Source: Salisapilia sapeloensis CBS 127946 (Eukaryota > Protista > Oomycota). From it: 64,000 nt of DNA. The notes under the pieces were generated by a model, which did no database searches, was not told the origin of the DNA, and saw only the letters and a program-made list of their open reading frames with translations. The position numbers were made by a program, and so were the translations under genes. The stretch spans positions 1 to 64,000 of the forward strand of contig JAADVB010000085.1 in assembly GCA_023334545.1 (NCBI GenBank), in the 5' to 3' direction. Below, piece after piece: positions 11,430 to 23,100 of the stretch (position 1 is its first letter; every line of letters starts with the position of its first letter).

Positions 11430-12509
11430 ATGGCCTCTCCATCATCCAGCCTTTCTCAGTCCATACTTCTCCGAGAAGATATGGCCGCACGCGAAGAGCT
11501 AGAGCGTGAAAACTTTAATCTAAAAATGAAATTAACTTCCGTCGAAGAGCGACTTGCTCGATTCGTCAACGGGCAGGCGATTGTCGACCAAGAGCAGGTC
11601 GATCAGCTCATGCAGAACCTCAGGGATACACAGGAAGCTCTATACGAACAGAAGGAACTCGCTCGAGAAGCCAAGCGTGCTGCGTATCACGCCCAACGGG
11701 AGCTCGATCGAGTCCGAGCGAAGCAAGAGAAGAGCGAAAAGCTTTCCAACAGTTACGAGAATCTAGTTCAGGACAAGACCGATTTACAGGAAGAATTACA
11801 AAAGCTCTTGAAAGTAAATCATGAACTTCAGGCCAGTCGAGACGAATGGAAACGCAAGTATGAGGACCAAGTACTTGTGGAAAATGATTTAAAGCAAGTG
11901 ACAGAGGACCGAGATGAATGGAAACGTACTAGTGAAGAGCACTTGCGTAATCTTCGTCTGACAGAAGAAAAGTATACGGCAGACATAGAGGAGTTGCAGA
12001 CGAAACACCAGACTAAAGTTCAGTCCATACAGTCGAAACTTGACGACGCGACGTCGACATTGACCAGGACGGAGCGTCGTAATAAAGAGCTAGAGCAAGA
12101 GTATAAGGAGCGTCTAGACCAGGTTATATCGTCCTCGAACGACTTGTTTGTGGACTTAAAGCGACACAAGCGAGAGAAGGAGGAGTATAAAGTGGGTCTC
12201 AAGAGCTCGATGCGAGAACGAAAGGACTTGCTGCGTGAGTTGGAAAAGTATAAGAAAGCATATCAGGAACGCCGGGAGGAAAAGAAGACTCGTGGCAAGT
12301 CGATTGAAGGTCTGAAGGACCAGTTGAAGCGTCATTTAGAGGAAACCAAGTACATGCATGAAGAAGTCTACCATCGGTGGGTCGATGCAGGGTTTCCCAA
12401 TCGAGACGTGTCGAAAGACTATGTGACACACAATCAGATGAGTGCATTTAGAGACGCTGGTGATAGATGTCAGAATCATGTCGAGAAACTCGATCGACTG
12501 GCTGCCTGA
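11430..12509 (+). CDS. Coiled-coil protein with N-terminal centrosomin motif 1 (CM1), putative gamma-tubulin complex receptor
   Basis: LREDMAAREELERENFNLKMKLTSVEERL matches the CM1 consensus (LRE..EL.KENF.LKL+I..LEERL). The rest is coiled coil with an internal RDEWKR duplication. Confidence 0.7.
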   Translation: MASPSSSLSQSILLREDMAAREELERENFNLKMKLTSVEERLARFVNGQAIVDQEQVDQLMQNLRDTQEALYEQKELAREAKRAAYHAQRELDRVRAKQEKSEKLSNSYENLVQDKTDLQEELQKLLKVNHELQASRDEWKRKYEDQVLVENDLKQVTEDRDEWKRTSEEHLRNLRLTEEKYTADIEELQTKHQTKVQSIQSKLDDATSTLTRTERRNKELEQEYKERLDQVISSSNDLFVDLKRHKREKEEYKVGLKSSMRERKDLLRELEKYKKAYQERREEKKTRGKSIEGLKDQLKRHLEETKYMHEEVYHRWVDAGFPNRDVSKDYVTHNQMSAFRDAGDRCQNHVEKLDRLAA

Positions 12510-12943
12510 TAGGAGTACTTGGCACTGTATCTAGACCTATTGCGTCCGAGTGGGCATCTAGTAGCTATGTCGAAACGTCTGGAGCTGATATAATTTATCA
12601 AGATAACCTTTGCATCCTCCGTCTCATAATTACTCATATACACATACAGTTTAGGTACATTTGGAAGTAGCTAGGAAGACACGCACAGTCGAGATGGTAG
12701 CACCTAGCGCCCATTACGAGCAAGTAACTTGCTTTTTGTATGTGCTGGGTATCGATAAAGCACGACTAAAACGTATGTTTTAGCATCGAGGAACGACTAA
12801 ACACGCCAAAACTCCAAACGACGGCCGACAAAAAGCATCCAGTTATCAGATGGCACTAATTTGCGCATTTTAACAACAAAATAGGACGCGCCACGTCCAT
12901 TTAGACGAATTATATCCGTGACATTTGGCACAGCTTAGCGTTA

Positions 12944-14972
12944 ATGGCGCTTACCATGCAACGAAGAGAGGATAATACAACCTGTACGAGCCGTGCAATA
13001 GGACGAATCCTCTGGATATTTGCTCTGTACGCCTCGGTTTGTCGTGGCGAAGCACGCGACGCATGTCAAGGTGCGTGTCATTGGCGTCCGTGGTAGATCC
13101 CCTTCTCACGACCCGCTCGACCGGTTTATCTCATACCATTGTCAATCGTAGGCAGCTCTAAAGCATACGCAGCAGATGATAACAGTCAGCGGATAGCAGC
13201 TCGTGATACGAAGAATGATATCTCACCGGCAGACGCTCAAGCCGAACCTACTGTCGGTACGTTGCTAAATCGTAGATGGAGTAGCAAGATATCTTACTCT
13301 AGTGATACTAGAGAGTCTACTAGCGGACTTTGATCACGATGGTCGCGTTGGCAGAAATGAAATAGAGCAGATTAAAGAGAATCTGCATCAATTCTTTGAC
13401 GTGGATGACAGCGGAGATATCGATAGCAAAGAACTCAAATCCGTGCGTACTTGTGAAGATCCATTCAACCATTCCCAACCGTACTTAATTCCATTCCAGA
13501 TGAGCAATAACGACAAGGACGTCCGCTCTGCTTTCCAAAAACTAGATCGAGATCATGATTCCGTCATCTCGTTGCAAGAACTCGATGCTCGATGGGAGCG
13601 AGTAGGTGCCGAAATGACAGTCGATGAAGTCGCTGACTGGGTTTCTTTCACCGTCCAGCTGCCCCAATACGCACAAGCCTTCCAGTCCAACTCCATCAGT
13701 GGCTATACCTTTCCATTGCTCATGGATCACGATGGCAGTCGTTTAGCTGAAATAGGCGTCGACAGCCCTCTCCATCGACATCAATTAGCTGTCTTTCTAA
13801 AGAAAAAGTATCTCGGCATGGGACGAAAGCCACAGGCGCCTATATCCGTTACATGCAGCATGGACGCTTCGAGCTATACTGACCGGACGGCGGAGAATAC
13901 TAGACTGAACCTCGTGCAGCTCGAGTGGGAGCCTGCGGAGGATACACCTCAGCGCTTCCAGCTCCAACGTCGAATCGCAGGCAGCAGTGAATGGGAACTT
14001 GTCTATGTCGGACCGGATACAGACTTTATGGATGCCATCGGAGGCATGGAAGGCAATGCCCATCACATCATGTACAGAGTGACGGCGTGGAACTCATATG
14101 GACGCAGTCCTCGCATTAGCGTTCGATGCGACTCGGCACGTAACACGACACCAGAATCTTCCGCTTCTATCTTACCTCATGAAGGGCATCGGCACGTAGA
14201 AGCGTCGTGGACACCATCCGCAATCGCGACTGTCATCTCGATCTTTAAAATGTATTTGTGGTGGCTAGACGAAGCCATCGCACTCACTTTGTTCATCATA
14301 CTACCTATTCGTGGCTTCATCTACGGTGACGCTAACCTCGTCGTCAAGTGGATGCGCAAACTGCCACCGAACATGCCGACTCGCGTGACGGTGGAAGCTG
14401 ATTTGAACAAGACTTCCATCAGTGAAGCTGTTGCCGTGGTTTCGTGGGATAAACCGACTGATAACGGTGTTCCGATCGTCCAGTACAATGTACGTTGGAC
14501 ACGCCTAAAGACAGAGGAAGAGGAGTGTAAGGAGCTCCAGGCCAAGTCTTTGCCAACGAGTGTCACGGTTTATCATTTAAGACACGGGGAGACCTATCGC
14601 TTCGTCGTAGAAGCCGTGAACGAGTTCGGGCTTTCCTCGTTCTCGAGTAGGTCGACGTACATGGTACCGATGCCGGAGTTCACAGGTCGCATCCTGTCGC
14701 AACAAAAGTCGTCTATTGAAGACACCATCCTACGTAATCAGTGCTATCTGTGTCTTCGAGCAAAGCGACACAAGGTCCGGATGCCTTTGATCTCCAAGTT
14801 CGATCGCCAAGTGCTTCACTTTTGCTGTGTCTGCGACCGAGAGTTCTGTCACTATCATCGTGGCAAAGTGCATCATACGAAAGCGTTGAGCTGTCCAGCT
14901 GTGGATGGACGGTGCGTCTGTAAAGACTGTCAAGAAAATAATCGTCTGCCTAGAGCTGCGTCTGGGCAATAG
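12944..14972 (+). CDS. STIM-like EF-hand/SAM protein with FN3 domains, a putative TM segment and a C-terminal Cys/His-rich finger; 3 introns
   Basis: Upstream exons (ATG 12944) encode a signal-peptide-like RILWIFALYASVCRG. EF loops DFDHDGRVGRNE, DVDDSGDIDSKE and DRDHDSVISLQE. SAM MTVDEVADWVSFTVQLPQYAQAF. Two FN3 repeats (YRVTAWNSYGRS; YRFVVEAVNEFGLS) flank a hydrophobic segment. Confidence 0.75.
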
Positions 14973-15048
14973 GGAGAACATATAGACAAGTAAATGATCA
15001 ATACATTGGTAATTGCATACGCTCTTTCGTTTATACCTAACGTCCTAC

Positions 15049-17298
15049 TCAGTGCAGTGCCAACGTATCCCACTCCATCATGTCGTCGGGAGATAGATCC
15101 GAGTCTTCGTGCATCGACAGTTCTGGCAGTTGAAGCTGCAGGTCACTCGATCGACTGGCACATAGCTGAGCTTCGTTCACACAGATGAAACCAATTTTCC
15201 GTTGTACATCTCCTCGCACTTTATTTCGTCTTGTGGATGACGGAACGGATATAGGGTGTAGCATCTTATCTGGTGTGATGCTTGTAGGAGTAAGGGAGAA
15301 TAGTGTGAGCGCAAGAGCCTTCAGACGAGGCCAATCTTGGCCGATCGTATGCCAAAATTCGAGTGGAAACATATCACGTTTGTCCATTTCACGACCTTCG
15401 CCTTCGTTCCGATCATCTTGTGTGGCAAAGACGACGTACTCTTCGTATTCCTCTCCAATCGCATTCTTCTGCTCTTCCTCTACATCAACAGTACTTTCGG
15501 AAGGAGCGTGCTCGGAGATGTACTCTTCCATAAGCTCTCGTTCGTTTTTGGCAGTATCAACGTAGCGAGGATCGAGTACAAACGCTAGACGATGAGCATC
15601 TCCTACGACTGTCATCAGCCTGTCGATAACAATATCCTTTAACTTCTGTATCTCTGTGTCGGACAAGGAGAAGAGGTCATCAAAGGCGATCGACAAATGC
15701 TTTAGCTCGAAGTAGATGTCCGACAAGGTCGTTTGGTCCTCCATGAACTTTCGTTGTAACTTCTCAAAGACACTTGCGACTTCAATTCCTTTATCCAGTG
15801 TCATGCTGGAATTGAGTGAAAGCATAAAGTCCTTTGCCCACTGCCGTACCTTTTGATCAGTACGCCCCATCGCTGTCACAAAAGTTTTCTTGCTCACGAC
15901 AGACGAAAAGTGCTGCCTGTTTTTGGCTAAAAACTCGAGTCGACGACCTAAATCGACATACTTTTTCGTCCGACATGTTGCTGTCATCATGATTTGCACT
16001 GCTTTCCGGTCAAAGTGCTTGGACAGTGGTAGCGTGGTGAATAACGAAAGGAACTTGTCTGCATCAGACACAAACTCTACCAAGTCACATAAGGCATCAT
16101 CATCATGTCGATTCATATCTGTACGCAAGAGGTCATGCATGGCAAGCTGTAGTGCATGGGAACTGCAGCCGTAAAAGAATTTCGTTGGAAAATCTGTCTT
16201 TAGTAGCTCCCACGCATCCACGTACGCCTCATTCGCAGCCGTGACGACGCCACTCACGTTGTAGTTAACGCGAGTCATCATGGCACGAATGTCCGTTGCA
16301 ATAGTGTGTGCATCATGACATGTATGGGCACTCGGCTGTACTGCATCCAGAAGGAAGTACTTGTCGCTGCAAAGAGCAGTGTACATGACGCAAGGACTAC
16401 CTTCTCCATCTTTACTTTCGGTGCCCATTCTACAATGGCTCCAATCGTCTCGTTTGAGACAGATAGCGGACTGTGTCATCAAATAGCTACAGACCTGCAT
16501 CTGCACTTTGTCATAACATCGCTGCAACAGTTCATTTTCTAATCGTTTTCGATCAGGCACTCGGGAGCTAGGAAGTAGCACAGATAACGCACGCTGTAGA
16601 TAGGGCTTGCTATACATATCTAAAGAAGCTCCACTTGTATAGATATGCATCGCCAAATCTTCCTCTGCTCTGTCATAAGAAACGCTTTGGAGAAATGTCG
16701 TCGTTCGAGCACTCGTCGACTCTGTACGTCTACGTTTAGATGCTGGTTCGTCCTTGATACCATTGTGAAATGTTGTAATTGGATCCATCAAGTGGTCCGA
16801 TAGACCGTGATGAAGCGATAAGTGACCGATAGCACCGGACGGGTGAGGCGCGTCCAAGGTAAACGACGTGGAAACGTCTGGCGAAGGGATACTCGGTGGA
16901 GATGACGCAGTTGATAATCCTGCATTCGATCGCTCCTGAACTTTTCCGGTCTTGTTGCTGCTTTCCTGTGCAATCTTCATGTGGTAGAACGGAAGACTGT
17001 CCTTGTATTCGGCCATAAAGGCAGGCTGACGTTGAGCGACTTGGAACGGAGTGCAGCGTTTCAAGTGACGTATAGCCTGTTCGGATTTTTTATAGTAATA
17101 CACTATCTGATGACAATGCTTGCAAGTGGCCGAGTTACTTTTGTTCGGGTCTGGATCATCCGTTAGTAGTCGCCAGATCGGACTTCGACTTCTTCCAGCT
17201 TTCTTCTTCTTCTTTGTCGATTCTGTCATGAAACTAAACTCTTGACCGGGCGGATAGTCGTGCATCAAACTCCGCTTGGTCGTGTCGCTTGAAGACAT
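15049..17298 (-). CDS. BED-finger hAT transposase-derived protein (ZBED-like), probably domesticated and catalytically inactive
   Basis: BED finger (SPIW..TCKHC..IRHLKRC), RDDWS (first catalytic Asp region), GCSSHALQL (CxxH), LAFVLDPRY and a hAT dimerisation motif (PLEFW...WPRLKALAL.LF). Intact 749 codons. Confidence 0.82.
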   Translation of the reverse strand: MSSSDTTKRSLMHDYPPGQEFSFMTESTKKKKKAGRSRSPIWRLLTDDPDPNKSNSATCKHCHQIVYYYKKSEQAIRHLKRCTPFQVAQRQPAFMAEYKDSLPFYHMKIAQESSNKTGKVQERSNAGLSTASSPPSIPSPDVSTSFTLDAPHPSGAIGHLSLHHGLSDHLMDPITTFHNGIKDEPASKRRRTESTSARTTTFLQSVSYDRAEEDLAMHIYTSGASLDMYSKPYLQRALSVLLPSSRVPDRKRLENELLQRCYDKVQMQVCSYLMTQSAICLKRDDWSHCRMGTESKDGEGSPCVMYTALCSDKYFLLDAVQPSAHTCHDAHTIATDIRAMMTRVNYNVSGVVTAANEAYVDAWELLKTDFPTKFFYGCSSHALQLAMHDLLRTDMNRHDDDALCDLVEFVSDADKFLSLFTTLPLSKHFDRKAVQIMMTATCRTKKYVDLGRRLEFLAKNRQHFSSVVSKKTFVTAMGRTDQKVRQWAKDFMLSLNSSMTLDKGIEVASVFEKLQRKFMEDQTTLSDIYFELKHLSIAFDDLFSLSDTEIQKLKDIVIDRLMTVVGDAHRLAFVLDPRYVDTAKNERELMEEYISEHAPSESTVDVEEEQKNAIGEEYEEYVVFATQDDRNEGEGREMDKRDMFPLEFWHTIGQDWPRLKALALTLFSLTPTSITPDKMLHPISVPSSTRRNKVRGDVQRKIGFICVNEAQLCASRSSDLQLQLPELSMHEDSDLSPDDMMEWDTLALH

Positions 17299-17493
17299 TC
17301 AAACGGATCCGAGTTGAAATCGATTGCGTAACTAGGATGCAGATAGCTCCAATAAAACCTCGTTTACGTGGATAAAACCTCGCACCCAAGAGACGCTCTT
17401 CACTTGTATACGTAAAAAGGGTCGAACGACGGGAAGACTAGATACTATTCGACTGGTAAACAGGCGGGATGCAAGGACCGACTAGAGTCGTGA

Positions 17494-19459
<1,966 letters not shown>

Positions 19460-19508
19460 ATGTAAGTAGAGGAAAAGAAAGACATTGCATGGAAAAGATG
19501 GTTGGATT

Positions 19509-19964
19509 CTAGTCGTTCCACTGCTGCTTGCAGCTAACACATTTGTAAAAGGTTGTGGTCGGTTCATCAGCAGATCGGATCTGAATCTGCATAAAGTATG
19601 CGCGATCATGTTCACAATGCGGGCAACGAGCTACGAGTGCATCACAAGAATTAGTACGATGGGGATATGATAGTCTTTTCTTAGCAGCTTACTCTCCGTT
19701 TGATCGACATTTTCCCAAGCCTGTTCTCCTCCAAGCACGTCATCCACTTGCTTACGTTGCAATGGGACTCGGTTCTCCACTCGGTCTTCTATCTGGAATA
19801 AATACGGACATGTTTGACAGAAGAAGCGCATGCCATCCGTCTAGTACAGTATCGTATCGTCAGTCTTTCAATCTTCATCATAATATTAATCGTTAAAATT
19901 TATCCAGACTAATTACATCAGGTTCAATTAGTAAGATGTTGCCACAGGACGGACAAAAGTGCAT
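19509..19964 (-). CDS. POLR3K: RNA polymerase III subunit RPC11/C11 (2 introns)
   Basis: Exons reconstruct MHFCPSCGNILLIEP.../MRFFCQTCPY..VDDVLGGEQAWENVDQT/..RCPHCEHDRAYFMQIQIRSADEPTTTFYKCVSCKQQWND*, with the TFIIS-like RSADEP motif. Confidence 0.93.
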
Positions 19965-20118
19965 GTTGGCAGTCAGTAGGTGCACTCAAAGGAGCATGCA
20001 AGACCGGTAGAAGCTATTCTGTCAATAGTGGTCGTGTTTGGTGGCAAAGGCTGCGTGATGATTGGCAGAAATTAATGGTAACCCAGCCAGTCGATTATCA
20101 GTGGACATATCAGTGGAC

Positions 20119-23100
20119 ATGACGATGGAGCTACTGTCCAAGCTGCGACGCCAAGTCGATCGTGCATGGGCACATAGCAGTTTCCAGAACAAGAATACTA
20201 GTGTACAGGATGCTAGTGCTGTCAATAAATACGACACGCACAAATTTGTAGCGATTGGAGTCTTGGCTAGCTGGACGACGGACGAGATGGTGGCTTTGAT
20301 GGCCGAGTGTAGCACGGCGATTGTATCTGAGCTTTTGCTGCCGTTAAATGACCGGATGCTAGAAGATGAAAGCAAGTTCCACTTTACGCTTCTCCTCGTC
20401 ACGACGTTGTTGGAAGATGTACATCGTGTGATGGATGCCGAGGATAAAGCGCAGGACAAGCTGTCAAAATGCGTCGAAATGCTTTGTTGCAGCGTCCTCG
20501 TACCAGCTATACTTGATCCAAATTGCGTCCATGTACATCCATTAGCATCAAGTACTATTAAAAGCCTTTTAGCGCTGACACAAAATGCTCCTGCATTGGT
20601 GCACACGCTGTCCACTCAGTTACACTTGAATTTGACTACTTCCAAAGGTGCTGACGCAAGCAAAGAAGCAATAGCTTCTGCAATGCATAGTGATAAGGAT
20701 GAAAGTGCGATCTTTCGAGCTATTCGAAGTAGTTATCAAGTCCAAGCAGAGCTATGGACATGGTTTTACACGAACAAACACGACACAAATGATAAAGCGG
20801 ATGAGTGGGACGACGCTATGATTTCAATCTGTCAAGAGACGATTAATACCTTTTCTCCCGAACAGCCGTGGCAGCTTGAAGCCGTTGCCATTCACATGCT
20901 TTCGTCGTGCTCCATCTCATCACTGCCACAGCGTTGTGTGCAGCGTATTGAGGAGAGAGAACGCGACCAGCAAGCTGTGACTGGAAAGACTGTCGACCCT
21001 GCACCTGCCATGTTATTCCTACTCTGTCGCCTCGTACGCATGGACGTAAAAGTCGTGTTGTCAAGCTTAACGCTGCGAAGTATGATAGCACGTGGCCTAG
21101 CCTGTGAGAACGACAAACTCGTTCGAAAGCAAGCTCTGGCAGCTATGAAGACAGCTCTTGCAGCGTTCATTTCGTCGTCGAAACACCAGAAGAATGGATC
21201 ACAGAAACAAGCTTCTCCTTACTCGACAGAGACGTGGGAGAACTTCCTTGCTGCATGTGAAGTGATTCATATGCATCATGAACAGCATTTGATTGAACAA
21301 GTGTGGCCACAAGTGGATGCTTTAATCCAAATGGGTATCCAAGGTTTCCACAAACAAGATGAAACGCAGCTTCATGACACTGGCTGTTGGCCAGTTGCTC
21401 TCACATTCGAGTGGATGCAAAGTGTGCTCATTCGCATTTTATTGCATGAAAACCCAGTCGTTCGACGGTTGTTTGTCTCCCGCTTCATGCACTCTTGCAT
21501 CAAGTACTGGGAATCGACCGATTTGAAGCATTCGCTAGCATCTAATATCTCATCTTTTGTAGACGATCCGACCTTCCATTCTTTTGTCCAATATCGACTA
21601 CTACGATTCTGTAATGATCCACTGCTCTACAAGCCGCTCGCTGCAGCAAAAGAGTTTCAGCAGCTTCTCACTCAGTTCCTCACGCTCTTCCTGCGCACAC
21701 GTCTTTCATCTGCATCAACTGAACCTGGTAGTGGAAGTACTGCCGAAGACATCTTGTCAGCGTATGTGCATGTGGCATGTAACGCTGTCTTTGGACCTGA
21801 CACGTCGAACCATTCACCAGAAGCGTTCATCAGTATGCTACAAGTCTTTGAAAGCACACATTTGCAACAACTGGCATCTGCTTACCTATCCGATGGTCGT
21901 CCACTCCTAGGTGCTCAACCCATTGAGTCGCTCCGGTTCGTGCTTGACGTCTATATCATGCCATCGTTTGCTCAAACAACCAAGTTCATTTTGATGCGAG
22001 CAGCACAAGCTTTACTCACGACTGGTTTCTGTGACCAGGCGACTTTGCCCTTATCTGCTATTGCACGGCTGCTATGCATCTTCTCTCCAGAGCATTTGCT
22101 ATCGAACAACAGCGTAACGCTTGTCGCGCTAAGAAATTGGCTTCTGTTGTCGTCGTCTGCATCTAAAGAGCAACCGAAGAATACGTTTATGATGCGTCTA
22201 GCGGATGCTGTGCACAAGTTCTTGGCAGATGATCAAAATGAACAGCTATCTGTCGAACAACTTGCTCGTTTAATCGTGCTTACAGGAGATACACAGCATG
22301 TTGGCACGGAAGATGACATCACAGAGTTGGTGCTAGAATATCCGTTGGCTAGTCTACTTGATCACGTCTCAACTAGTGCTACGTTCGATGGAAAAGAGCA
22401 AACTCGTGCTGTGTGGCTGGTGGGAATGTTGGAGAAAGAGGTCGAGATACTCGTTCAAGAAACACCAGCCTCCTGTACCTTTAGCATTCGCATCAAGCCC
22501 GACCAGATATACAAGTCGACGCCTACTACAACCATTTTCTCTCGTGAAACGATGTTCACTTACGCTTACGATCTGTTAAACGCGTGGGTCGCAGCTCAAG
22601 CTACATCCAGTAAAAGCAGCAATACGAGTCTTGATGTAGATTCATGGGATGCTGAACCTCGGCGTGTCGATGCCATTGCCATGGTACTTGCTCGCATGGC
22701 AACGTACGCTATGGATCAGGAGGGAAATCTGTCGATTGTCGAACAGCTCAATCCGATATGCAAAGTACTGACAAAGATTGTATTCCAGCAAGAGCAGACA
22801 TCTAGTCCGACTGCTCAGAACATTGCTTTGCGGATGCTAGCGATTCTATCTAGTCAGACGCAAGTGTTGGACGTACTGGACATCTTTGACGCGAGTGATC
22901 TATTGCCACAACTCGTTCAAGTTTGCTTTGCGCCGGCGTCAGAAAGAGCTGCTCAGCAGATGCAGTCCAAGTGGAACATCACCATCTTTACCACTAGCAA
23001 ATGGGCAATCATTCATCATGTCATTCAGGCATCGACGTACGTTCCGAGAGAGACGACTAAACTCCTTTTGGAGACATGCGTGGATGCGTTTGGATCAGCT

